Positions 1 through 9,232 of a stretch of 64,000 nucleotides of DNA are shown here, one piece after another. Under the pieces are notes generated by a model, which was given only the letters and a program-made list of their open reading frames with translations, made no database searches and was not told the origin of the DNA. Every line of letters begins with the position of its first letter. The stretch's first letter is position 1. The stretch spans positions 15,214 through 79,213 of the forward strand of contig CALSML010000004.1 of assembly GCA_943787445.1 (NCBI GenBank). Direction: 5' to 3'. The position numbers were made by a program, and so were the translations under genes. This stretch comes from an uncultured Alphaproteobacteria bacterium (GTDB lineage: Bacteria > Pseudomonadota > Alphaproteobacteria > UBA6615).

Positions 1-104
1 GTATGGCCATCCCAATCACTCAGTTTGAGTAAAACATTTATTTCGGGCGATCGGCGGTTTTTGACGATACTTTTTCTGCTGATCTGATCGCAAAGTCAGA
101 CGCT

Positions 105-404
105 TTGGGTGGAAAGCCAGAATCTGCTGAAGCCATTGTCTTGTTCGCCTCTGCGATCGATCGCGCTTTCCTTAAGGGTTATGACAAGAAATATGTCCAG
201 CACACCGAAGACTACCTGAAATTTCTGGCGGTAGGGGTGATTGCCCAGCTTCATGATTTGGTTGCTGAACATTTTCCAAATCGAGCCGCCAAAATCTATG
301 TGCAGAACAATAGTATCACCATTGGCCGTTTCTTGCGTCGATTGGGGTTCAAACGAGACACACGTCTCAAAACTGCTGATCGAGAAGCCGTTTTATGTTG
401 CTGA
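105..404 (+). CDS. hypothetical protein (orphan ORF in the low-GC left edge; TTG start, no ATG in frame)
   Basis: 99-aa ORF from the track. Local GC is about 46% by hand count, against about 62% elsewhere. The tail 'IGRFLRRLGFKRDTRLK' only vaguely recalls C-termini of phage/plasmid primase-like proteins. Confidence 0.3.
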   Translation: MGGKPESAEAIVLFASAIDRAFLKGYDKKYVQHTEDYLKFLAVGVIAQLHDLVAEHFPNRAAKIYVQNNSITIGRFLRRLGFKRDTRLKTADREAVLCC

Positions 405-453
405 GCTACGTCTGGTCAGCAAGGATATATCCGATGGAACGTAGGCTAAGTAG

Positions 454-1130
454 CTAGTCTGAATTGAGTTCACTTACCAAACGCTGCAGGCGGAACATTT
501 GTGCATCCCGGATCCCGCGCTCGCGCATATGGGCCACGGTGTTCTCGAGATATTCGGCACAGCTTCCCAGATAGCCCGATGCGGTACCCAGACGTTCGAC
601 AAGTTCTTCTTCGGACAGTTTTCCGGCATATCGGTCACTGTCGCGGTTGATCGCGAAGGTCACGGCATTGATGGGGCCCTTGGCTGTTTGCGCGCGCACC
701 CAGACGGCCCGGTAACTGCCAGCGATCGCCATTTCACGCGCCCAGACCACTGACAGTTCTTCGCGCATGTTTTTGGCAGGCAAACGAAATGCAACCCCGT
801 TGCACGATCCGCCGGCATCGAGCGCCAGAACCAGACCGGGATATTCGGGACTGCCGCGACCCAATGGCGTCTTGATGCAGAAGGAACGGTGATAGCCAAA
901 CACCCCCGGGCGGTGCGACTGGCCGTGTGCCGAAACGCCGGGTTCCAGATCAGCGAACCATAACCAAAGACCCAGACAGGTCCCGCCGGGGCGTCTTCGA
1001 GGAAACGGTCGAGCAGGATGTCGCGTTCGGCCTCGGTCAGGGGGCGGATATTGGTAACGTACTCCTGTTCCTTCAACATGCGATAGACATCGCCGTCGCG
1101 TATGGAGTCTCGGCTGAGTTTGTTGGTCAT
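454..1130 (-). pseudogene. chaC: ChaC-like gamma-glutamylcyclotransferase, single frameshift
   Basis: The N-terminal hallmark 'VWVFGYGSLIWNPAF' (frame of ORF 660..1397, ATG at 1130) and the C-terminal 'FGYHRSFCIKTPLGRGSPEYPGLVLALD' (ORF 454..903) lie in different frames. The junction is near 921-925, where CC instead of CCC breaks the frame. Confidence 0.75.
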
Positions 1131-1209
1131 GTGATTCCGGTGGCGAAAAAGTTCTGCGTGTATATCAATTTCGGTCAGGAAACAGAACTGTCCCGCCGGA
1201 GGCGCAAGC

Positions 1210-1773
1210 ATGACGATTTCACCTGAAGATGTCCTGAGTTTCTGGTTCGAGGAATCCGGTCCCGACAAGTGGTTTGAAAAATCCGATGTATTTGACGATG
1301 AAATTCGTGAGCGCTTCGGAGAAATCACGGAAGCGGCGCGCCATGGCCGGTTGAGGGACTGGTTGGATTCAACGCGTGGACGGCTCGCGCAGATCATTCT
1401 GATCGACCAGTTCTCGCGGAACCTCCATCGGAATTCCCCGCTGACCTGGTCTGCTGATTCTCGCGGTCTGGCCCTGGCAAAGCAGATGATTACGGATGGT
1501 CAGGATCTCGCGCTCAACCACGCGGAACGCAAATTTGTCTACATGCCCTTCATGCACAGTGAGGTGCTGGCCGATCAGGAGCAGTCGATTGCCTTGTATT
1601 CGTCCCTGGCTGAGGAGGGGGCCGAGGGTGGCGATGACACCCTCAAATACGCCGTCCTGCACCGTGATATTGTGGCTCGGTTCGGCCGCTTTCCCCACCG
1701 CAATGAGATTCTGGGGCGGGATAAAATGCCCGAAGAAGTTGCCTTCCTCAAGGAGCCGAATTCTTCGTTTTAG
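1210..1773 (+). CDS. DUF924 family protein
   Basis: 187-aa ORF with 'VLSFWF...WF', 'LIDQFSRNLHR' and 'YMPFMHSE' motifs typical of DUF924. Confidence 0.8.
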   Translation: MTISPEDVLSFWFEESGPDKWFEKSDVFDDEIRERFGEITEAARHGRLRDWLDSTRGRLAQIILIDQFSRNLHRNSPLTWSADSRGLALAKQMITDGQDLALNHAERKFVYMPFMHSEVLADQEQSIALYSSLAEEGAEGGDDTLKYAVLHRDIVARFGRFPHRNEILGRDKMPEEVAFLKEPNSSF

Positions 1774-2474
1774 GGCAGGTCGGCCAGAACAAACTCGGCG
1801 TCGCCCTCAGCGCTGATCTCGATCTCGCTTTCGTCACTGATCACAACACCATCACGCTCATTGACCAGCGTGCCGTTGATACGCAGACGACCGCTGGAGG
1901 GCACCAGATAGGCTTTGCGGCCGTCGGATAGTGCGTGAGTCACCTGCTGACCGTCCGTCAGGCTCGCTCCAAACAGAGCGGCATCCTGATGGATGATCGG
2001 AATGTCGGCGCTTTCATCTCCGGGACGACCGGATGCCAGCATCACGAGTTTGCCAGTGTTCTCGCCGCGTGGAAAATTCCGGGTTTCCCAGCGCGGAGCA
2101 TGGCCGTCGCGGTTGGGAATGATCCATATCTGGAAAATCTGGGTGGTCTCGGCTTCCATGTTGTATTCGGAGTGCTGGATGCCGGTGCCCGCGCTCATGA
2201 TCTGTACATCCCCCGCTTCTGTCCGGCCCTTGTTGCCCAGATTGTCTTCATGGGTGATTGCACCACGTCGGACATAGGTGATGATTTCCATGTCCCGATG
2301 ACCATGGGGCGGGAACCCGCTCTGGGGCGCAATGGTGTCATCATTCCAGACCCGCAGTGGTCCGACATTCATGCGGTCGGGGTCCATGTATTCGGCGAAG
2401 CTGAAATGATGTTTCGCATTGAGCCAGCCATGATCGGCATGGCCAAGGGAGTCGAAGGGGCGAATTTCAATCAT
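1770..2474 (-). CDS. pirin family protein
   Basis: 'GFPPHGHRDMEIITYV' cupin metal-binding motif. I chose the start at 'MIEIRPF' (cat at 2472-2474), inside the longer listed ORF. Confidence 0.85.
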   Translation of the reverse strand: MIEIRPFDSLGHADHGWLNAKHHFSFAEYMDPDRMNVGPLRVWNDDTIAPQSGFPPHGHRDMEIITYVRRGAITHEDNLGNKGRTEAGDVQIMSAGTGIQHSEYNMEAETTQIFQIWIIPNRDGHAPRWETRNFPRGENTGKLVMLASGRPGDESADIPIIHQDAALFGASLTDGQQVTHALSDGRKAYLVPSSGRLRINGTLVNERDGVVISDESEIEISAEGDAEFVLADLP

Positions 2475-3463
2475 GCGGCGGCTTTCAGTCTGGTTCGATC
2501 GTTCGGGGCTTCGAAATCGATTACCGGCCCCAGGGGCACGATCCGCATCGGGTTGATGCTTTCGTGGCTGGCGTAATAGTGCCGCTGGATATGGCCATGG
2601 TCGATAGTCGAAGTCACGCCGGGTGTCTGGTAAAGGTCCCGGGTGTAATTCCAGAGATTGGGGTAGTCGATCAGGCGGCGGATATTGCACTTGAAGTGAC
2701 CGTGATAGACCGGATCAAAGCGCAGCAGGGTGGTGAACAAACGCCAGTCAGCCTCGGTCTGCTGTTCGCCCAGAAGGTAGCGCCGGGTCGAGAGATGATC
2801 CTCGAGCCAGTCGAGGGTTTCGAACAACTCTGTGACCGCCGCGTCGTAGGCCTTTTGTGAGCGTGCAAAGCCGGAGCGGTACACACCGTTGTTGAGGGTA
2901 TGATAGATGCGCTTATTGATCGGTTCGATCTCGCTGTGCAGGTCCTCGGGATAGAAATCCAGCTTCGGGTGCTTTGCAAAGGCATTGAAGGCGCTGTTGA
3001 ACATCCGGATGATTTCCGAGGATTCGTTGTTCACGATGGTGTTGCGTTTAAGATCCCACAGGACCGGGACGGTGATACGGCCGCTGAAATTTGCGTCAGC
3101 GTGCTGATAGAGCTGATACAGGTAGTCGGCGCCGATCACCGGGTCCGGAATCACGCCTTCGCCATCTGCGAAGTTCCAGCCATTCTCGGCCATGATCCAG
3201 TGCACCACGGAGACGGAAATGACGTCCTCGAGGCCTTTCAGGACCCGAAAGATCATCGCCCGATGGGCCCAGGGGCAGGCATGACAGACATAGAGGTGAT
3301 ACCGACCGGGCTCGGCCTTGAACCCGCCTCCGCCGATTGGTCCTGCGGAACCGTCGGCGGTGATCCAGTTGCGAAATGCGGTTTCGGGACGTTTGAACGC
3401 ACCGTCCTTGCCGTTGGTTTTGGGTTCGGTGGCGTGCCAGATACCGTCGATCATCACACCCAT
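2471..3463 (-). CDS. yqjG: glutathionyl-hydroquinone reductase (Xi-class GST, YqjG/ECM4 family)
   Basis: 330 aa with the 'CPWAHRAMI' catalytic Cys motif. AGGAG lies upstream, and the stop overlaps the pirin start by 4 nt. Confidence 0.85.
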   Translation of the reverse strand: MGVMIDGIWHATEPKTNGKDGAFKRPETAFRNWITADGSAGPIGGGGFKAEPGRYHLYVCHACPWAHRAMIFRVLKGLEDVISVSVVHWIMAENGWNFADGEGVIPDPVIGADYLYQLYQHADANFSGRITVPVLWDLKRNTIVNNESSEIIRMFNSAFNAFAKHPKLDFYPEDLHSEIEPINKRIYHTLNNGVYRSGFARSQKAYDAAVTELFETLDWLEDHLSTRRYLLGEQQTEADWRLFTTLLRFDPVYHGHFKCNIRRLIDYPNLWNYTRDLYQTPGVTSTIDHGHIQRHYYASHESINPMRIVPLGPVIDFEAPNDRTRLKAAA

Positions 3464-3575
3464 CTTGAATTCTCCTGATTGCCACCGCGATTGTCGTGAT
3501 GGGCGTTACATTGGTCCGCTTCGGTCCATTGTCGAGATGTGTGGCAGGATTGATGTTCGGAGTTCGAACGGTTTG

Positions 3576-3946
3576 TCAGCCGGTCAGGAATTCCTCCAGA
3601 CTCTCGAACCGCAATTCGAGAGAGGTTTCGACACCCTGCATCATGCCTTCGTGCTGCCAGGCCCAGGACATGGAGAGATGTTTTGAAGGATCGATCGTGT
3701 TGAAGACGCCATGTGCGGGAAACTCATTGCCTTCGTCCGAGATCATGACGATTTCGTATCGGCCGCCTTCGCGAAAGTCCAAGGCATCGATCCGGCAGTC
3801 AACCGTGCGTGGTCCCATCCAGCGACAGGTCTGTTCGGGAATGCTCCGGCGTCAAACAGGCGCTGAGCCGGGACAGGGAATTTTCGCGACATGGTCAGGG
3901 TGTGGGTGTTGTCGGCGGCTCGGGTTGTTTCGGCGGTGCTAGTCAT
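3576..3946 (-). pseudogene. SRPBCC/AHSA1-domain protein, single frameshift
   Basis: 'TLTMSRKFPVPAQRLFDA' (ORF 3743..4051 frame) continues as 'MGPRTVDCRIDALDFREGGRYEIVM' (ORF 3576..3818) in another frame. The junction is near 3847-3850. This is the typical partner gene of ArsR regulators. Confidence 0.65.
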
Positions 3947-4283
3947 CTCTGATGTCTCCGGCTTGGGCGTCGACCGCGAGATAGCGGGCAAGGGAATCCA
4001 GACTGCCTTCCCAGAAGGCGCGCTGGCGTGCGATCCATTCGCTGACATCATTCAGGGGTGTGGGTTCCAGTCGACAGTAGAGCGTGCGTCCGTCCCGGCG
4101 GCGTTCGAGAAGGCCAGCCTGTTCGAGAATTTTCAGATGTTTCGAGACGGCCGGCAGGGACATCGCAAAAGGTTCGGCCAGTTCGCTGACACTGGCCTCG
4201 CCGGTGGCTAGTTGGGCCAGAATGGCGCGTCGGGTCGGGTCCGCCAGAGCCTCGAATGTGCGATCGATATTATATTTAACCAT
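3939..4283 (-). CDS. ArsR/SmtB family transcriptional regulator
   Basis: 114 aa with 'FEALADPTRRAILAQL' and the wHTH 'VSELAEPFAMSLPAVSKHLKILEQAGL'. Confidence 0.85.
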   Translation of the reverse strand: MVKYNIDRTFEALADPTRRAILAQLATGEASVSELAEPFAMSLPAVSKHLKILEQAGLLERRRDGRTLYCRLEPTPLNDVSEWIARQRAFWEGSLDSLARYLAVDAQAGDIRDD

Positions 4284-4291
4284 GTGGTTAA
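4276..4291. promoter_or_regulatory. candidate ArsR-type operator palindrome TTAACC-ATGT-GGTTAA
   Basis: Perfect 6-bp inverted arms that overlap the arsR-like start codon, in an AT-rich patch. Confidence 0.35.
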
Positions 4292-4337
4292 TTTATTATG
4301 ATGTCTCGATCCGATCAAGGGGGAACGGTTCTGTGGA

Positions 4338-6473
4338 CTAGCGACTCTCGCGGCGCCAGGCACCGACCAGCAGGCCACCAATCACGATCAGTAGCAGAAG
4401 CGTAGGCAGAAACGGGACGTTCCGGACCCCGCGCACGGCTGAGGCCTCATTGCGCTGAAAGGCCAGCCAGCGGGCCGATCCGCCACCCGAGGGCGTATCG
4501 GCCTGAGCGCGGCCGGCCCGGTTGTAGCGCAGATCCGGGGTGCCGTTGTCCGATAGCCATGTGACGCCGCCGCCGGTGGATGCGGCTGTGGGACGCAGGA
4601 GCAGGTCGGTCGCGGTGACGTCGGCGAATTCGATCGGATTGATGGTACCGACCCCGGCGACGGTGGTGCGGGTGCCGTCGTCAAAATGATAGATGCCCGG
4701 CGCCGAGACGGCGATCTGCCCTAAGGCCCGGCCGTCCCCCAACTCATCAAGAACGATCTGTGATTCTTTGCCGGTTGGGCTGGTTACAACGACCGGCGCG
4801 GGATCAGGGGTCAGACTGCGTCGGGTGATCTCGATCGTGTCGCCGCGCACGAAGCTGGTCAGCCGGTCTTCTTCCAGCTCGGGTTCCTTCATCAACCAGT
4901 GAGCGAGGCGACGGAGTAGTTCGTTGTGGGGCCCGCCACCTTCATAGCCGCGTGCCCAGAGCCAGATATGGTCGCTGAGGAATTGTCCGACCCGGCCTTC
5001 ACCGACCCGGTCCAGAATCAGCAATGGGCGCTCATTCGCCCCTTCCATCACCACGGTGCCCGATTTTGGGCGGGCGTCGATCTGGCGGAACCAGCGTCCC
5101 CAGTTCGGGGAATCGCCCGGCACGGCGGGCAGGCCGGTGAGATGCGCGGTGACCGGATGGCGACGTCCGGTCGCGTTCACATCGGCCGTGAAGGGTGCCT
5201 CGATCAGATCGCCGGTCGGCTCGCCGGGCAGGACAGCGGCCAGCGCGGTGCGATACAGGCTGGCAGCCGGGGTGATTTCCGGGCCAGTGGCTTCCAGCAG
5301 CGCGCCGCCCGATTGGACATAATTGGCGATGTTGCGCAGATAGACCGAGGGCAGGATACCCATCCGCTGGTAGCGGTCGAAGATGATCAGGTCGAAATCA
5401 TTGAGTTTGAGTTCGAACAATTCGCGATAGGGAAAGGCAATCAGGCTCAGCTCACGCACCGGCGTGCCATCCTGTTTGTCGGGTGGACGCAGAATCGTGA
5501 AATGCACCAGATCGACCGAAGGGTCCGCTTTCAGCAGATTGCGCCAGGTGCGTTCGCCCGGATGGGGTGCGCCGGAGACCAGCAGCACGCGCAGCCGGTC
5601 GCGGATTCCATTGATGGTGACCACGGCGCGGTTGTTGGCGAGGGTGAGTTCCTGTTCGCCTTCGCCCACCGTGATTTCGAAGACACTTGGCCCGCCACGA
5701 TCCACGATCATGTCGATGGCGTGATCGACCCCAACAGGCACCAGCGTGGTGCGGCCGCGAGCCTCGCCGTCACGGCGAATGGTGATCTGGGCCTGCCGGG
5801 CCTGCACCGCGCGGGGTTCGTCGATGCGCAGGGTCAGGCGTACTTCGTCTCCGACAATGCCAAAGCCCGGGCTCTGGACGATGGTCAGGCGTCGGTCACC
5901 CTGCTCGCGCGCACCGGTGACAAGGGTGTGGACCGGGCCGGTCAGGTTCAGCTTCGCCACATCGGCAGGGGCATCGTGAATGCGCCCATCAGTGATCAGC
6001 AGGGCGCCAGCGAAGCGTTCGCGCGGAATATCGGCGAGTGCGTGTTCGAGCGCGGTAAAAAGATGGGTACCGTCGCGCAGCCCCGCTGCTGGCCGGCCCG
6101 CATCACCGTTGACCCGCGGCGCATCGATCACCCGCAATTCCAGATTGTCCCGGTCTGCCGCCCAGTCGCGCAGTTCGGTCAGCGCGCGCTCGGTCTGTGC
6201 CATCCGGTCTCCGATGGACTGGCTTTGCGAGCGATCGACAATGACCAGACCGATATCGGAGAGGGCCTCCCGGTCCTCGAGGATAAGGGACGGATTGGCC
6301 AGCGCGACCAGAATGCCCGCCACCGCCAGCGCGCGGAGCGCCAGACCCGGGGCCGGGTGGCCCGGTCGGGGTGCCAGCAGGCCGAGTGCGAGAACCAGCA
6401 TGCCCAGCGCGCCCATGCCGGCGAGGACAGGAAGCGGGAGCAGGGGCGCCCAGGTGATCAGAAGATTGCCCAT
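4338..6473 (-). CDS. membrane protein, last gene of the MoxR/DUF58/BatA_N operon
   Basis: About 711 aa with N- and C-terminal TM segments. It starts 6-9 nt after the stop of the upstream gene (GTG 6476 or ATG 6473). Confidence 0.6.
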   Translation of the reverse strand: MGNLLITWAPLLPLPVLAGMGALGMLVLALGLLAPRPGHPAPGLALRALAVAGILVALANPSLILEDREALSDIGLVIVDRSQSQSIGDRMAQTERALTELRDWAADRDNLELRVIDAPRVNGDAGRPAAGLRDGTHLFTALEHALADIPRERFAGALLITDGRIHDAPADVAKLNLTGPVHTLVTGAREQGDRRLTIVQSPGFGIVGDEVRLTLRIDEPRAVQARQAQITIRRDGEARGRTTLVPVGVDHAIDMIVDRGGPSVFEITVGEGEQELTLANNRAVVTINGIRDRLRVLLVSGAPHPGERTWRNLLKADPSVDLVHFTILRPPDKQDGTPVRELSLIAFPYRELFELKLNDFDLIIFDRYQRMGILPSVYLRNIANYVQSGGALLEATGPEITPAASLYRTALAAVLPGEPTGDLIEAPFTADVNATGRRHPVTAHLTGLPAVPGDSPNWGRWFRQIDARPKSGTVVMEGANERPLLILDRVGEGRVGQFLSDHIWLWARGYEGGGPHNELLRRLAHWLMKEPELEEDRLTSFVRGDTIEITRRSLTPDPAPVVVTSPTGKESQIVLDELGDGRALGQIAVSAPGIYHFDDGTRTTVAGVGTINPIEFADVTATDLLLRPTAASTGGGVTWLSDNGTPDLRYNRAGRAQADTPSGGGSARWLAFQRNEASAVRGVRNVPFLPTLLLLIVIGGLLVGAWRRESR

Positions 6474-6481
6474 CACCGCGC

Positions 6482-9226
6482 CTATTGTCCCAGCCGCTCG
6501 AGGATTTCGTCCACATGGACCTGATCGGCCTTGTAGTTGCCGGTCAGGGCATACATGACAAGGTTCACGCCGAACCGGAAGGCCAGTTCCCGTTGTCGCG
6601 GGCCGCCGGTCATGATGGGAAACATCGGTCGTCCGTTGATATCGATGGCCCAGGCGGCTGCGTAGTCATTCGAGCCGATGATCACGGAGGACACACCGTC
6701 ATTGACCCGCTCATCAGCCTGCTGCACCCAGACCCGGCCCCCTTCGGAGCGGCCGGGAAATTCGTGCAACAGGTAGAAGGCCTTGGTCAGGACATGGTCC
6801 TGGGGGATTTCGATCAGCGCGGGCACATCCAGACCTTCGACGAGGCTGCGCAGGGCGCGGGTGCCGGGGCCGACTCCGCCGATGCCCGACAAGCTCTGGT
6901 CGCGTGTGTCGAAGACGATCGTGCCACCGTTGCGCAGGAACTGGTTGATTCGAGCCCGGGCCGCGTCGCTCAGGGTGGTCTGGGCATCGGTCATCGGCCA
7001 GTAGATCAGCGGGAATAAGGCCAGTTCGTCCCGTTCGATGTCGAGGCCCACCGGCGTGCCGGGTTCCACCGATGTGCGGCGGGAGAGAATTTGCCCCAGG
7101 CCGAACAGCCCGGCCCGGCTGGTTTCGTCGAGCTTGCTGTCACCGGTCAGCACATAGGCCAGATGGGTACGCCCGGTGGACTGAATGGCGAACTGGTCGC
7201 TCGACTGGGCGTCCGCGCCCTGTGGGGCGGTCAGCATTCCGGTTGCGAGCAAACCTGCTGCCAGACCCGCTGTCGCCACGCGACGCCGTCCGGGCAGATG
7301 GCCGCGCAGGCCCAGTGCGATCACGATATCGAGGAGCAACAGCGCAAAGGCGGCGACCAGCAACCAGACTCGCAGATCGGTCTGCCGGGAGGGACCATAG
7401 GTCACGATCTCCACACCGGTTGCGCGACTTTCGAACCGCACTGGCGCCAGCGCCGGCCCCAGATTGAAGGCGAGGCGGGCTTCCGGGTTGCCGTAAAACC
7501 CTGGCGGCAGGGTGGGCCCGGGGGTGACCTCGCTCAGATCGCCGGCCGGCAAAGGCCGTGCGGCAGGCAGGGGTTCGTTCAGGCGGCCAAAGCCGTCCAG
7601 ACTGGCCAGCGGTGGCCGCGCCCGCGCGACGGTGTCGGCGCTGACTCCCTGGCTGAGCGCGATCAGGCGGCGCAGCATGTCCACATAGGTGCCCGAAAGC
7701 GCGAGGGAGGACCATTCGGCATTGGCGGTAGTGTGAAACAGAATCAGCCAGCCATTGCCGCGCTTCTCGCCCGTGACCAGCGGGGTGCCGTCATTCAGGC
7801 GTGCCCAGGTCTTGCCCGCCAGATCGGGTGCGGGCTGGGCCAGAACCTGTCGCCGCACGAGGATTTCCTCCGAAGGCGTCAGCCCGGCGAAGGGGGAGGT
7901 CTCTTCGAAGGGAGACAGGGTGACCGGCTGTTCCCAGCTCATCACCCCGCCGAAGACCCGTCCGCCGCGTCGCAGGGCTACGGGCAACAGCGAATCGTTG
8001 CCTTCGGCAAGGTTAGGTCCGGCGAAACGCACCAGAACTCCGCCGCGTGAAATCCAGCTGTTCAGGGCTTCGATCTCCGTCGTGGTCAGATTCCCGATAT
8101 CCGAGAGCATCAGCACGGCAAGCCGACGCTCGAGGAGTTTGGCGATCGTGCCCGTGCGCAGATTGGCATAGGGTTCGAGTGCCCGGCTCAGATAGAAGGC
8201 GTTGCCCAGCAGGGGCTGGTTGACCTGCGCGATGTCACCGGAGGCCAGCCCGACCGGCCGCCGGCGCGATGTTTCATCGAACAGCATGGTTGCCCCGGCG
8301 GTCGTCCGGTCCTCGACGCTGATCCGGGTGATGCGATTGCGCACCTCGCTCGGGATCGCGATAGTGGTTTCCGTCGTCACTCCACCCTCGGGAAAACTCA
8401 CAGTCTCGCGGGCCAGCAGCCGTCCCGCTTCATCGGTGGCGATCAGCGCCACCGGGGTGGTTCCCTGGGGATCAAGGCGCGCAATTTCCAACCGCAGACC
8501 GTCCGACGTGTTCTCGCTGGCGGCAAGATAGGCGGGCATGGCATCGGCGTCGGGCCGGACCAGACGCAGGGAGCCCAGCCGCTGCAAAGCCAGTTCCAGA
8601 ACGCCGGCGCGGTCAGTCTGGTCTCCCGGACCGGGGTCACCCAAGCCACTCGATAGCCAGACCGCATTGGCCGAGCCGTCCAGTTCCAGCGCCTCGATCT
8701 GGGCGATCACACGACCATGGTCGCTCTCCCAGGGTTGCGGGGCGAGCACCCGGACCCGGTCCCGCGCCTCGGCGGCTGAGAGGGGGCGCAAGGCTGCGCG
8801 GGTGGTGGTGTCGGTGCGCGCGCTGGTCGCGAGATAGACCGCGCGGCTTTCCCGGTCGGCCTCGTCGATCAGGTTCAGTGCGGTCTCGCGCCGCGCATTC
8901 CAGTTCTGTCCGGCACTCCAGTCATTGTCGATCACCAGAACCAGCGGGCCGCTGCCGCGCAATGTCTGGCCGGGATCGAGCACCGGGTGGGCGAGTGCCA
9001 GAATGACGAGCGCGGCCAGTATCAGGCGTAGCGCCAGCAACCACCGCGGGGTGCGGTGCGGTGTTTCCTCGTGCTGGGCCAGCCCGAAGAGCAGGCGAAT
9101 CGCGGGAAAGGCAACCCGGTTGGGCGCCGGTGGCACGGCGCGGAGAAGCCACCACAGCACCGGCAGGGTCACCAGCGCGAGCAGCAGCCAGGGCACGGCA
9201 AAGGAGAGCGCGCCGAGTGTCAACAT
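6482..9226 (-). CDS. BatA_N (aerotolerance-regulator N-terminal) / DUF4159 domain membrane protein
   Basis: 914 aa. The N-terminal double TM is 'LLLALVTLPVLWWLLR'. The C-terminal 'VIIGSNDYAAAWA...FRFGVNLVMYALTGNYKADQVHV' is typical of DUF4159. Confidence 0.75.
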   Translation of the reverse strand: MLTLGALSFAVPWLLLALVTLPVLWWLLRAVPPAPNRVAFPAIRLLFGLAQHEETPHRTPRWLLALRLILAALVILALAHPVLDPGQTLRGSGPLVLVIDNDWSAGQNWNARRETALNLIDEADRESRAVYLATSARTDTTTRAALRPLSAAEARDRVRVLAPQPWESDHGRVIAQIEALELDGSANAVWLSSGLGDPGPGDQTDRAGVLELALQRLGSLRLVRPDADAMPAYLAASENTSDGLRLEIARLDPQGTTPVALIATDEAGRLLARETVSFPEGGVTTETTIAIPSEVRNRITRISVEDRTTAGATMLFDETSRRRPVGLASGDIAQVNQPLLGNAFYLSRALEPYANLRTGTIAKLLERRLAVLMLSDIGNLTTTEIEALNSWISRGGVLVRFAGPNLAEGNDSLLPVALRRGGRVFGGVMSWEQPVTLSPFEETSPFAGLTPSEEILVRRQVLAQPAPDLAGKTWARLNDGTPLVTGEKRGNGWLILFHTTANAEWSSLALSGTYVDMLRRLIALSQGVSADTVARARPPLASLDGFGRLNEPLPAARPLPAGDLSEVTPGPTLPPGFYGNPEARLAFNLGPALAPVRFESRATGVEIVTYGPSRQTDLRVWLLVAAFALLLLDIVIALGLRGHLPGRRRVATAGLAAGLLATGMLTAPQGADAQSSDQFAIQSTGRTHLAYVLTGDSKLDETSRAGLFGLGQILSRRTSVEPGTPVGLDIERDELALFPLIYWPMTDAQTTLSDAARARINQFLRNGGTIVFDTRDQSLSGIGGVGPGTRALRSLVEGLDVPALIEIPQDHVLTKAFYLLHEFPGRSEGGRVWVQQADERVNDGVSSVIIGSNDYAAAWAIDINGRPMFPIMTGGPRQRELAFRFGVNLVMYALTGNYKADQVHVDEILERLGQ

Positions 9227-9232
9227 GGGTGT

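Noticed and set aside
4926-6524. 532-aa ORF on the + strand
   Set aside because: It lies antisense to the 711-aa membrane-protein gene. It is Arg/Gly/Ala-rich with no recognisable motifs, which is typical of shadow ORFs in high-GC DNA.
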